Shown here: positions 28,234 through 37,799 of the stretch, in pieces | Position numbering within the stretch: position 1 is the stretch's first letter | Layout of the letters: the number at the start of each line of letters is the position of its first letter | NCBI GenBank assembly: GCA_963820525.1 | Contig: CAWGAA010000001.1 | Coordinates: 2,208,001-2,272,000, forward strand | DNA from: an uncultured Spirochaetota bacterium | GTDB lineage: Bacteria; Spirochaetota; Spirochaetia; SZUA-6; Fen-1364 | DNA length: 64,000 nucleotides | Reading direction: 5' to 3' | The notes under the pieces: generated by a model | What the model was told of the DNA's origin: nothing | Seen by the model: only the letters and a program-made list of their open reading frames with translations | Databases searched by the model: none | Position numbers and translations under genes: made by a program

Positions 28234-30036
28234 ATGGAAGAAAGGGTCCGCATCGCCACAGCGGAAAGCGTGGAGCTGGATTTCGAGCTTGCCGGCCCCG
28301 GCTCGCGTTTTCTCGCGCTCCTGGTGGACACGCTGATTTCAGCCGCGATGATCCTCCTCGCCATCATCGCGATACTCGTGACCGTTTCCGCCGCGTGGGG
28401 GAAGATCCCCGATGCCGTGGCATCGATCGGCGCCAGCCTCTCCATCATCTCCTCCTTCCTGATCCGCTGGGGATACTTCCTGTTCTTCGAGACCCGCTTG
28501 AGCGGCCAGACGCCGGGAAAGAGGCTGCTCGGGCTCCGAGTCATTCGGGATGACGGGCTTCCCATAGGGCTTCGGCGCTCCCTGATCAGAAACCTCCTGC
28601 GCGTGGTGGATATGCTTCCCCCTCCCCTGTACCTGGTGGGCGGAATCAGCGTCCTCGCCACGCGCCGGGGCCAGCGGCTGGGAGACATCGCCGCCGGGAC
28701 CATCGTCATCCGCGAGCGGTTCCGCAAGGCCAGGAAAGAGGGCGCCGGAAGCGGCCGTGCCGCCGGCTGGGTTGCCAAGCTGGAACAGGGGCTCTCCCAG
28801 TATGCCGTGGTGGTTCCCAGCGGCACAATCGATATCCGGCGGATCGCCCTGATCGAGGAATACTTCAAGCGGCTGCCCGCGCTCGGCCCCGAGGGGAGGT
28901 TCGATCTCTCCTGGCGCATCGCGCAGCCCCTGCTGGGCCTCTTCGACGCGAAGGCGGAGGAATGGGAAGGGGCGCCGGACAGGCTGCCCCGCTGCGAGTC
29001 GCTTCTGCGCGATATCCTCAACCGGGCGGGCGGCGCCGCAGGCGACCACGAACAGAAGGAGTCAGGCGGAGGCAACGCGGAAAAGAAAGCCCGAACATGG
29101 GCCACCTTCAGGCAGCGAACGGAGAAGCTCCTGGGCTCGCGCAAGCGGGAACTGCGCCGCCTGTCCGCCTCGGACATGAAGAGCCTCCTGGTAGACTACC
29201 GCCGCATCACCACGGACCTGGCGCGGGCGCAATCGATGGGAGCCGACCGCGACACTCTCGCGACGCTGGGCAGGATGGCGACCGGCGGGCACTCCGTGAT
29301 CTATGGATTCCTCCCGGGATCACGGCGCCGGCGCCTGCGTGACTGGCCGTCCGCCTTTGCCCGCGAGGTTCGCCGGGGCCTGTGGGCCGTGCTCCTCTCC
29401 GCGGCGCTTTTCTTCCTCCCGGCGGTCATCAGCGCCGTCGCGGTCCGCTGGGATCCCCATCTCGCCTACGATCTTGTCGGGCCCGAGTTCTACGATTTCG
29501 AGCCGGCGGACCCCGAATCGCTTCATCGCATACCCCAGCTCATGCGGCCCGTGGCCGCTTCCGCGATCATGACCAGCAACCTCCAGGTGGCGCTCCTCGC
29601 CTTCGCTTTCGGGCTGACGGCGGGGGCGGGCACGGCGTACCTCCTCGTCTCAAATGGGATCAACCTGGGGGCCGTTGCCGCCTGGTTCGGCGTGAATGGA
29701 AACGCGCGCGCCCTCTGGGGATGGATCATGCCCCACGGCGCGACGGAGATCATGGCGATCATCATTGCCGGGGCGGCGGGCTTCCTCATCGCCGGCGGGC
29801 TGCTCGCCCCGGGCCGTCTGAAGCGGTCCGCGGCGTTGAAGCTGGCCGCCGGGAGGGCCCTCGTCCTCGAGCTCGGCTGCATGGCGATGCTCGTGGTGGC
29901 GGGACTCATCGAGGGCTTCGTCTCGCCCAGCCTCATCCCGTACGCTCTTCGCCTGGCCATCATGGCGGTGAGCGTGGCTGGGTGGATCGCGTACTTTGCC
30001 GCGGCGGGAACGAGAGCCCCCCCGTTACAGCTTTGA
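28234..30036 (+). CDS. RDD-family domain fused to SpoIIM (DUF95)-like domain
   Basis: N-terminal TAESVEL.FELAG.GSRFLALLVD, GQTPGKRLLGLRV, QRLGDIAAGT; C-terminal NGINLG, IMPHGATEI, AGLIEGFVSP. Confidence 0.85.
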   Translation: MEERVRIATAESVELDFELAGPGSRFLALLVDTLISAAMILLAIIAILVTVSAAWGKIPDAVASIGASLSIISSFLIRWGYFLFFETRLSGQTPGKRLLGLRVIRDDGLPIGLRRSLIRNLLRVVDMLPPPLYLVGGISVLATRRGQRLGDIAAGTIVIRERFRKARKEGAGSGRAAGWVAKLEQGLSQYAVVVPSGTIDIRRIALIEEYFKRLPALGPEGRFDLSWRIAQPLLGLFDAKAEEWEGAPDRLPRCESLLRDILNRAGGAAGDHEQKESGGGNAEKKARTWATFRQRTEKLLGSRKRELRRLSASDMKSLLVDYRRITTDLARAQSMGADRDTLATLGRMATGGHSVIYGFLPGSRRRRLRDWPSAFAREVRRGLWAVLLSAALFFLPAVISAVAVRWDPHLAYDLVGPEFYDFEPADPESLHRIPQLMRPVAASAIMTSNLQVALLAFAFGLTAGAGTAYLLVSNGINLGAVAAWFGVNGNARALWGWIMPHGATEIMAIIIAGAAGFLIAGGLLAPGRLKRSAALKLAAGRALVLELGCMAMLVVAGLIEGFVSPSLIPYALRLAIMAVSVAGWIAYFAAAGTRAPPLQL

Positions 30037-31161
30037 GGCGCCTGGCTCGCCGAGCTCCGACAGGCGGCCAAGGCCGAAGAGCTCCGTCTCCTCCTCCCGC
30101 GCGTCCGTGAAGGTCCGCTTGATATCGAAGATTTCATCGGAGACGGAGAAAAAGGCGTCGCTCACCTCAGGGTGGAAGTGGCGCTCCCTGCCTTCCCGGA
30201 TGATGGCGAAGGCCCTTTCAGAGGGGAACGGCTCCTTGTACGGTCGTTTCGACGTGAGGGCGTCGAACACGTCCGCGATGGCCGTGATATAGCCCGCCAG
30301 CGGGACCGCGGTCTTGGACAGGCCCCGGGGATACCCGTTTCCGTCCCACCGTTCGTGGTGGGTAAGGGCGATCACCTCGCCGAGCTTCAGGAAGCCCTCG
30401 GTGGATCCATGGAGGATCTGGGCGCCGATGGTTGTGTGCATCCGCATGATGTCCATCTCGTGAGGATCCAGCCTCGCCGGTTTCAGCAGGATGCGGTCGG
30501 GGATTCCGATCTTGCCCACGTCGTGCATGGGCGCGGCGTAGAGGATGGCATCCACGGTGCGCTCGCTCAAGCCCAGTTTCCGCGCAACGGCCGCGCAGTA
30601 GTGGCTCATCCGCTTGAGATGAACTCCCGTGTCCTCGTCGCGGAACTCGGCCGCCCGGGCAAGGCGGTAGACCATCTCCAGGGAATAGCCGCGCAGCCGC
30701 GCGTGGGTTTCCTGGAGCTGGCGGGTGCGCCGCTCCACCTCGGCCTCCAGCTCCTTCTGGTAGCGCCTGCGCTGCTCATTGTACGCCTTCACTTTCAGGA
30801 GCGAGCCGATGCGGGCCTGGAGCTCCACCCGCTCGAAAGGCTTTGTGAGGAAATCGTCTGCGCCGGCCTGAAAGGCATGCACCTTGTCGTCGAGGTCCCG
30901 CAGGCCGGTGATCATGATCACGGGAATGATCCGCGTCTCCTCCGAGGCCTTCAGCACGCGCGTGGCTTCCAGTCCCCCCATGCGCGGCATCAGGGCATCC
31001 ATCAGGACGAGATCGGGAGGGGAGATCCTCACTTTCTCCAGGGCTTCCACCCCGTCGGCGGCGAGAAGCACATCATATCCCAGAGGCGCGAGGAGCGCCT
31101 TCATCAGCCTTCTGTTGGGCTCCTCGTCGTCCACAACCAGGACGGTCGCTTTATTCGCCAT
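30025..31161 (-). CDS. Response regulator with HD-GYP c-di-GMP phosphodiesterase domain (RpfG-like)
   Basis: REC (VDD, LMD, FLTKP); HDVGKIG, HHERWDGNGYP, ADVFDALTSKRPYK. Confidence 0.93.
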   Translation of the reverse strand: MANKATVLVVDDEEPNRRLMKALLAPLGYDVLLAADGVEALEKVRISPPDLVLMDALMPRMGGLEATRVLKASEETRIIPVIMITGLRDLDDKVHAFQAGADDFLTKPFERVELQARIGSLLKVKAYNEQRRRYQKELEAEVERRTRQLQETHARLRGYSLEMVYRLARAAEFRDEDTGVHLKRMSHYCAAVARKLGLSERTVDAILYAAPMHDVGKIGIPDRILLKPARLDPHEMDIMRMHTTIGAQILHGSTEGFLKLGEVIALTHHERWDGNGYPRGLSKTAVPLAGYITAIADVFDALTSKRPYKEPFPSERAFAIIREGRERHFHPEVSDAFFSVSDEIFDIKRTFTDAREEETELFGLGRLSELGEPGASKL

Positions 31162-31288
31162 TCCACCCCCCGTTGGAAAGGTCAGTCGAAACCGCAACAA
31201 GCCATCCCATGAGCGACAATGAGACCGCCGTCAGCAACCTGCCGGTATCGGGGCCTTTGGGGGATGGCAGGGGGTTCGTCCGCGTCCC

Positions 31289-31318
31289 ATTATAGGAAAG
31301 CCCGGGGTGTAAAATCAA
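31289..31318 (-). promoter_or_regulatory. Putative sigma70 promoter of the HD-GYP gene
   Basis: Minus strand TTGATT-N18-TATAAT. Confidence 0.55.
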
Positions 31319-31476
31319 GGTGCCGGCGGCGCTGCTGGACAGGTGACATCCCCTCACGGCCCGCGGCCGATGTTGACAGAAAGGCAAAAGCGCTATAAAC
31401 GATACGCAGCGCGCGGCGGGAAACCGTGGACGCCCGCAGGCGTCGCAGAGACGATGACGAGGATGGAGGGTCGGTA

Positions 31477-31650
31477 ATGCCGCTTCAGAAGGAGTTTCTC
31501 AAGGACCAGCCCGGCGACACCACGCCGGAAAGCAGGAACAAGCAGCTCTCTTCAGCGCTCGTTTCCGGCCCCTTCGCTCAGAAGAGAATCATGCTGATCG
31601 AAAAGGTTGAAGAGGGAGAACCGGGCTGGACGATATACTTCCACGGCTGA
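31477..31650 (+). CDS. Small hypothetical protein (57 aa)
   Basis: GGAGGG RBS before ATG; upstream TTGACA at 31373; MPLQKEFLKD...PGWTIYFHG. Confidence 0.6.
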   Translation: MPLQKEFLKDQPGDTTPESRNKQLSSALVSGPFAQKRIMLIEKVEEGEPGWTIYFHG

Positions 31651-31682
31651 TCCCGCCGCGCCATCGGACGGCGATTCTAACA

Positions 31683-32735
31683 TCATCTATCTAGATAGTG
31701 ATCGCGTTTCCCGGGATTCCCACCGCATGATTCGCGCACGATCAGCTCGGTGGGAAGGTACACCCGTGCCGGATCGGGGTGCTCGCCGCATACAAGCTTG
31801 ATGAGCATTTCTCCCGCTACACGCCCGAAGTCGCGCGCGGGAACGCGGACGGTGGTGAGCGCCGGGCTCATGAAACGCGCCGAGGGAATGTCGTCGATGC
31901 TCGCAAGAGCGACATCCTCGGGGATTCGAAGCCCGCGCTCCCTCAATGCCGCAACCGCGCCGATCGCAACCGTATCGTTGCCGGCGAAGATCGCGGTCGG
32001 CGCTTCCGTCCGTTCCAGCAATTCGGCGGCAGAGGCGTATCCGCTCTCATGGCTGAAATTCGCCCAACACACCAGCGAATCGTCGTACTCGATCCCCGCT
32101 TCCTCAAGGGCGCTTCGATACCCATTGCAGCGCGCCGTGACGCTGAGGAAGCTCGCCTGGCCGTAGTTGATGCAGCCGATCCGCCTGTGCCCCAGCCCGA
32201 TGAGGTGGCGAACGGCCGTCCTGGCCGCGCCGAAGTTGTCCCACCCGACTCCGCAGGCACGGGGGTGTTTCCTTCCGGGATCCGCAATGATGGGAAAGCC
32301 CGAATCGAGCAGCGTGTCGATCTGGCGATCGTCCTCGCGGGGGTTGACGATAAACAGCCCATCGATCTCGTTCGCGGTCACCAGATCCACGTACGCGTCG
32401 GGGCGCGAAGGGTTCTCGACGGCATGAACGAGAAGGTTGAAATTGTGCTGATGGCATACCTCGTTCAGGCTGTAGAGGAATTGGGGGATGGTCGCGTCCA
32501 CCCTGATGTGCTCGGCCGAGGGCAACACGAAACCGAGGGTATGGCTCTTTCCGCTCGCCAGGCGCCTTCCTGCCGCGTTGCGAACATAGCCGAGCTCACG
32601 AACGGCCTCCATGACGCGCTGTCGCGTTTCATCGGGGATGGCGATCTCGGTCTTTTCGTTCATTATGAAGGAAACCGTCGTGGGCGAAACGCCGGCCCTT
32701 TCAGCCACATCTTTCATCGTTATTTTTTTGCCCAT
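31683..32735 (-). CDS. LacI-family transcriptional regulator
   Basis: TMKDVAERAGVSPTTVS HTH; PBP-like core; LIVRESCG. Confidence 0.95.
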   Translation of the reverse strand: MGKKITMKDVAERAGVSPTTVSFIMNEKTEIAIPDETRQRVMEAVRELGYVRNAAGRRLASGKSHTLGFVLPSAEHIRVDATIPQFLYSLNEVCHQHNFNLLVHAVENPSRPDAYVDLVTANEIDGLFIVNPREDDRQIDTLLDSGFPIIADPGRKHPRACGVGWDNFGAARTAVRHLIGLGHRRIGCINYGQASFLSVTARCNGYRSALEEAGIEYDDSLVCWANFSHESGYASAAELLERTEAPTAIFAGNDTVAIGAVAALRERGLRIPEDVALASIDDIPSARFMSPALTTVRVPARDFGRVAGEMLIKLVCGEHPDPARVYLPTELIVRESCGGNPGKRDHYLDR

Positions 32736-32817
32736 GGCTCATCTTCCGATCGATAGTGAGTAGAGTACACACTGCCCGAGGAAAAAAAAAGCTCCATTTT
32801 CCCGGTTATAAAAAAGC

Positions 32818-32847
32818 TTGACAAGTCGAAAAAAGTGTCCATATAAT
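32818..32847 (+). promoter_or_regulatory. Sigma70 promoter of the sugar ABC operon
   Basis: TTGACA-N18-TATAAT. Confidence 0.8.
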
Positions 32848-32859
32848 GACCATACACCA

Positions 32860-32886
32860 TTAAAACGCTATAGTAAAGCGTTTTAT
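32860..32886. promoter_or_regulatory. LacI-type operator(s)
   Basis: TAAAACGCT-ATAGTAA-AGCGTTTTA inverted repeat, also readable as two CG-centred LacI-like boxes, just downstream of the promoter. Confidence 0.7.
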
Positions 32887-32943
32887 TCAAAGATTTGAAA
32901 AAAAGCGTTGCGTTTTGATGTGATTGGAAGCAGGAGGATCGTG

Positions 32944-33876
32944 ATGGCCGATATCGCGGCTGATTCAGGAACGGCCCGTTCCCGAGGATCGCAGCCCAGG
33001 GGAATTAGCGTTCGCAGGCGAGAAGGCGGCGTTGCTCTCCTGCTCATCCTTCCCAGCCTCTTCGGTTTCATCGTTTTCTTCGCCATTCCCGCCGTCCGCG
33101 GCCTGCTCATCAGCTTCACGGATTGGAACCTCCTGACGCCGCCAAAGCCTGTGGGCGTGGCAAACTACCTGGCGCTGTTTCAAGATCCCGACTTCTGGAA
33201 CGCATTGAAGGTGACCACGTTCTACGTCTTGTGGAACATCCCGATTCAAACCGTCCTTGCCGTCATTGTTGCGCTTGTGATGCAGGCGGCCTCACGGTCC
33301 ACGCTGTTGAAGGGAATAGTCCTTCTGCCCTGGCTTATGCCAAACGTCGTTGTGGCCATGCTGTGGATGTGGATTCTGGATCCGACGTTGGGGCTCATCA
33401 ACGTGGCGGTACGCGCCCTTGGAGGCCCCCTGATTCCCTTCCTTTCCTCCACGGACCTGGCGCTTCCCACAATCGCGGGCATCAACATCTGGCGGTATCT
33501 GGGCTACACCGCCCTTTTGGTCTTTGCCGGCCTTCAGACAATCCCAACCGAGATTTACGAAGCGGCGCGCATAGACGGCTCGGATGACCAGCAGACGTTC
33601 TGGCATATCACGCTGCCACTCCTGAGGCCAGTTCTGGCTTTCGTGGTCGTCACATCGGTGCTCGGATCCTTCCAGATCTTTGACACCGTGGCGGTTACGA
33701 CAAAGGGCGGCCCGATCAACGCTACAAAGGTCTTCAACTTCATGATCTACCAGCAGGCATTCGAGCGCTTCCGCATGGGCTATTCCACGGCCGTATCCAT
33801 GGTCCTTTTCCTGATTCTGATCGGTGTCGGCCTCATTCAGATGAGAATCATGAAAGCCGGGGAGGTGGAATCATGA
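32944..33876 (+). CDS. Carbohydrate ABC transporter permease
   Basis: AGGAGG RBS; GLQTIP.EIYEAARIDG EAA loop; TKGGP. Confidence 0.93.
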   Translation: MADIAADSGTARSRGSQPRGISVRRREGGVALLLILPSLFGFIVFFAIPAVRGLLISFTDWNLLTPPKPVGVANYLALFQDPDFWNALKVTTFYVLWNIPIQTVLAVIVALVMQAASRSTLLKGIVLLPWLMPNVVVAMLWMWILDPTLGLINVAVRALGGPLIPFLSSTDLALPTIAGINIWRYLGYTALLVFAGLQTIPTEIYEAARIDGSDDQQTFWHITLPLLRPVLAFVVVTSVLGSFQIFDTVAVTTKGGPINATKVFNFMIYQQAFERFRMGYSTAVSMVLFLILIGVGLIQMRIMKAGEVES

Positions 33877-34751
33877 AAATGACGCTTCTCACCCGGTTTC
33901 TGTTCTGGGCTGCCATCGTCGTGATTGCGCTTGTGACGCTCTTCCCCTTCTACTGGGCTGCAAGGACCGCCTTTACCTTCCCAAGAGCGGTGTACACCCA
34001 CCCCACTACGTTCCTCCCGCCGGAGCTGACCATCGGCAACTATCAGCGCGTTCTGGGTCTGGTGGACGCCGAGACTGCGGTGAAATTGGGCGGCTCAGGC
34101 CAGAAGATCAACTTCTTCATCTTCTTGCGGAACTCTATCGTCGTTTCGACACTCATCACCGTCGGCCAAATTTTCTTCAGCGCCTCGGCGGCGTACGGGT
34201 TCGCAAGACTGCGCTTCCCCCTGCGCAGACAGATCTTCGGCGTTTATCTCTCCGCACTCATGGTGCCGGGGATCGTGCTCCTCATTCCCAACTTCATCCT
34301 GATCAAATCACTGGGGTGGCTGAACACCTACCAGGGGATAGCCGCCCCTGCATTTCTGATGTCCCCGTTCGCCGTGTTCTTCTTGCGGCAGTTCTTCTTG
34401 GGCATGAACAAAGAATTGGAGGAAGCCGCTCTGGTGGAGGGCGCCGGAAGGTTGCGCATCTTCTTCCAGATCGCCATTCCCTTGAGCATGACCGCCATTA
34501 CCACGCTTGCCATCATCACCTTCATCTACTCCTGGAACGATTACCTGTGGCCGCTTCTTATAGGCAAGAACGAGGGCGTGCGGATGCTCACGGTTGCTAT
34601 AGGGGTCTTCAGACAGCAGGGGGCACAAAACGCGCCGGACTGGGCAGGTCTTATGGCGGGCACCACGCTGGCCGTTGTGCCGGTACTGGTCCTGTTTCTC
34701 GCTTTTGGGAAACGGGTGATCAACTCCATCGGGTTTACGGGATTCAGGTGA
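33873..34751 (+). CDS. Carbohydrate ABC transporter permease
   Basis: AAYGFARLRFP, ELEEAALVEGA, WNDYLWPL. Confidence 0.93.
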   Translation: MKMTLLTRFLFWAAIVVIALVTLFPFYWAARTAFTFPRAVYTHPTTFLPPELTIGNYQRVLGLVDAETAVKLGGSGQKINFFIFLRNSIVVSTLITVGQIFFSASAAYGFARLRFPLRRQIFGVYLSALMVPGIVLLIPNFILIKSLGWLNTYQGIAAPAFLMSPFAVFFLRQFFLGMNKELEEAALVEGAGRLRIFFQIAIPLSMTAITTLAIITFIYSWNDYLWPLLIGKNEGVRMLTVAIGVFRQQGAQNAPDWAGLMAGTTLAVVPVLVLFLAFGKRVINSIGFTGFR

Positions 34752-34818
34752 GAGGGACTCAGGCCTCCGTGGAGGCCGGCCTTCCACAGAACATCGCCAA
34801 CGACAAGAGGAGGTAACC

Positions 34819-36150
34819 ATGTCGAGAAAGAGGCGGTTTTTGATCGTGCTTGCCGCATTGCTGGTGTGCGGTACGGCACTCTGGGCGGCTCCGGTCACCA
34901 TCCGGTACACGCTCTGGGACGCCAACCAGTTGCCGGCCTACCAGAAGGTGGCCGACAACTTCATGGCAAAGAACCCCAACATCAAGATCGTGATCAGCCA
35001 GATGGGCTGGGGGGACTACTGGAACGACCTTCAGACCTCAATGGTCGCAGGGACAGCGGTGGATGTCTTCACGGATCACCTTGCCAAGTATCCTGAGTTC
35101 GCCTCCAAGGGCCAGCTCCTGGATATCGAGCCCATGGTGAAGGCGGACAAGGTGGACACCAAAGTCTATCTCACCGGCCTGGCGGATCTGTGGACCAGGG
35201 ACGGAAAGCGCTACGGCCTTCCCAAGGATTGGGACACCATCGCCGTTGTGTACAACAAGGATATGGCCGCAAAGGCGGGCATCACTGACGCAGAAATGAA
35301 CTCCATGACCTGGAACCCCAAGGACGGCGGCACGTTCGAAACGGTATTGAAAAAGCTTGCTCAGGACAAGAACGGCAACAACGGTCTGTCGGCCAAGTTC
35401 GGCCCCAAGAACGTCGTGCGCTGGGGAATCGCCATGGACTACTCGAACTTTGGGGCCTACGGTCAGCAGTACTGGAGCTCCTTTGCCGCCAGCACGGGAT
35501 GGAAGTTCACAGACGGCATGTATGCCAAGAAGTACTACTATGACGATTCCCGCTTCGTGCAGACCATGCAGTATTTCGCGGATCTCTCGCGTAAGAAGGG
35601 GCTTATGACGCCTTACGAGGCCCTCTCCGCGCAGAATGTCGGGGCCACCGTGCTGTTTACCTCCCAGAAGATCGGCATGATCCTTGACGGCTCGTGGATG
35701 ATCGGGTTCTACGGCGGCAACACGGACTTCAAAGTCGGCTTTGCCAGATTGCCCCAGGGGCCCGTCGGCCGCAGGAGCATGTTCAACGGTCTGGCGGACT
35801 CCATCTACGTCGGAACGAAGCAGCCGAAAGAGGCGTGGCAGTGGGTGAAGTACCTGGGCTCCGCCGACGCGCAGAACGTCGTGGGAAGCTACGGAGCGGT
35901 GTTCCCTGCCATTCAAAGCGGAGTGCAGGCCGCCAACGGGGCATACAAGGCAAAGGGCCTTGACGTAACCGCGTTCACGGCGCAGGCCCTTGAGAAGAAC
36001 GGCACCTTCCTGTTCCCCATTACGGATAATGCTTCAGAGATCAACTCCATCATGCAGCAGACCTTTGACAGCATCTTCCTCGGTCAGGCCACTGCTGCGG
36101 ACGCCCTGAAGGCGGCCAACGCCAAGGTCAATGCGACTTTCAATAAGTAG
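34819..36150 (+). CDS. Carbohydrate ABC transporter substrate-binding protein
   Basis: GAGGAGG RBS, signal peptide, YGLPKDWDTIAVVYNKD. Confidence 0.92.
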   Translation: MSRKRRFLIVLAALLVCGTALWAAPVTIRYTLWDANQLPAYQKVADNFMAKNPNIKIVISQMGWGDYWNDLQTSMVAGTAVDVFTDHLAKYPEFASKGQLLDIEPMVKADKVDTKVYLTGLADLWTRDGKRYGLPKDWDTIAVVYNKDMAAKAGITDAEMNSMTWNPKDGGTFETVLKKLAQDKNGNNGLSAKFGPKNVVRWGIAMDYSNFGAYGQQYWSSFAASTGWKFTDGMYAKKYYYDDSRFVQTMQYFADLSRKKGLMTPYEALSAQNVGATVLFTSQKIGMILDGSWMIGFYGGNTDFKVGFARLPQGPVGRRSMFNGLADSIYVGTKQPKEAWQWVKYLGSADAQNVVGSYGAVFPAIQSGVQAANGAYKAKGLDVTAFTAQALEKNGTFLFPITDNASEINSIMQQTFDSIFLGQATAADALKAANAKVNATFNK

Positions 36151-36165
36151 CTCGATTTCCCCGGC

Positions 36166-36245
36166 GCCCCGCGGCTGACCCCGCGGGGCCCGAATAACGG
36201 CTTTGAGCCGGTCGCATCCCGACAATCTCACCGGATGCGGCCGGC
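36166..36245 (+). other. Two GC-rich stem-loops after the SBP gene (mRNA stabiliser/processing or terminator-like)
   Basis: GCCCCGCGG/CCGCGGGGC (36166-36189); GCCGGTCGCATCC/GGATGCGGCCGGC (36207-36245). Confidence 0.6.
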
Positions 36246-36295
36246 ATCTCTTCGGGGTGCGATCGAGTTCACGCGAAAACAAAAAGGAGCGCGTT

Positions 36296-37642
36296 ATGAA
36301 GAGACTGTTGACAGGTATGCTGAATACCCTGTTCACTCTTTTTATCATGACATCTTGTTCTTTGAATGGACCGACGGATGACGCAACGGCAAATAATACG
36401 GCCGGAAATGCAAAAAACATTGCTGCCGGTACCATAACCGTTGCATCCGCCACCAGCACCGGCGCCGTACTGTGGGGAGCCAGCGGTTGGCTTTACGGAC
36501 TGGGTGAAAACAACGAAGTCAATGATAGTATGATTACAGGCTTGGTGCACCCGGGCTATTTCGGTCAGAAGGCCCCGTGGGGTTCACAGCATCCCGATGG
36601 GGACGCCTTGAATACTGCGGTGCAGGCGAAGAGGGTCGGTGGCAAGGGAGTTTATGTCTGCATGCAGGATTATTATTCGGCATGGCCGTATCAGAACAAC
36701 GGCATTGCAGACTATCTGAACGTTGTAAAAATGGAAGCAAATAACATTGTTGCCAATGCCAACCGCTCTTTCTTCGTGTACTCCATTTTCAACGAACCGG
36801 ATTGGATCTGGTATTCCGGCAAGGTTTCCCAGATGTGCTCCGACTGGAAAGCATGCTTTCAAGCAATCAGAGCGATTGATTCTTCGGCTAAAATCATTGG
36901 CCCCGGGTACTCTACCTGGAAAGAAGCGGATTACCGGACATTTTTCACATATTGCAAAGCCAACAACTGTCTGCCGGATATGACAAGCTGGCATGAATTG
37001 GACGGGAGCCTCTTTAGCGGCTGGTATACGCATTACAGTCAGTACAGGAAAATCGAGTCCGATCTCGGCATCAGCGCAAGGACGATTGTCATCAACGAAT
37101 ACGGCAGATCCGGGGGTGTTGACGTGCCGGTTCCCGGCAATTTGATCCAATATATCGCCAGGTTCGAGAACAGCAAGGTTTACGGCTGCATGCCATTCTG
37201 GACCGGGATCGGAACCTTGAACGACCTGGTAGCGAACAACAATACGGCTCAGAACGTCCGCGCAAGCTGTCTGAACAAACCGACCGGCGCATGGTATCTG
37301 TACCAGTGGTACGGCCAGATGACGGGCAATACCGTCAGCGTGACCTTGCCTTCTCAGAACGGCTCTCTGCAGGCTTTGGCTTCCAAATCCGGCAACTCCG
37401 TTACCGTTTTATTCGGTGGTTCACTCAGGAGCACGGATGTATTTGATACAACCATCAAGGTGACCGGCTTAGCCGGAACCTCGGCTGCGTACTCCGTGTT
37501 GGAAACAGCGAATACCGGCAGAAGCGCTGCGTCGGCGCCGACTACAAAAATGTCCGGTACCGCCGCAGTTTCCAACGGTACTATGAGCCTTACGATAACC
37601 GGATGCAAAGCTCTGTCCGCGTTCAAGCTAAAGATTAATTAA
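36296..37642 (+). CDS. Secreted/lipoprotein clan GH-A glycoside hydrolase, GH39-like
   Basis: AAGGAG RBS; possible lipobox MTSC; GASGWLYGL, QHPDGDA, acid/base FNEPD, SWHEL, nucleophile INEYG. Confidence 0.72.
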   Translation: MKRLLTGMLNTLFTLFIMTSCSLNGPTDDATANNTAGNAKNIAAGTITVASATSTGAVLWGASGWLYGLGENNEVNDSMITGLVHPGYFGQKAPWGSQHPDGDALNTAVQAKRVGGKGVYVCMQDYYSAWPYQNNGIADYLNVVKMEANNIVANANRSFFVYSIFNEPDWIWYSGKVSQMCSDWKACFQAIRAIDSSAKIIGPGYSTWKEADYRTFFTYCKANNCLPDMTSWHELDGSLFSGWYTHYSQYRKIESDLGISARTIVINEYGRSGGVDVPVPGNLIQYIARFENSKVYGCMPFWTGIGTLNDLVANNNTAQNVRASCLNKPTGAWYLYQWYGQMTGNTVSVTLPSQNGSLQALASKSGNSVTVLFGGSLRSTDVFDTTIKVTGLAGTSAAYSVLETANTGRSAASAPTTKMSGTAAVSNGTMSLTITGCKALSAFKLKIN

Positions 37643-37799
37643 CAATAACCCTGTAACATGAGACTCTATAAGTTCACCACTGCCTGCCGGCTGGGCCTAA
37701 AGTCCTGCCGGCAGGCGTTGAGCAGGATGTTGAGAATCCGGCTCCTCTGCTGAATGCGGCGGATCGGGCCGCGGATGACGATGGGGAGGAGTCGACACC

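Noticed and set aside
31380..31470. GGCAAA...GAAA...GGACGC resembling a c-di-GMP-I riboswitch
   Set aside because: Spacing and pairing do not fit, GCAAAGC is absent, and GGCAAA lies within the putative promoter spacer
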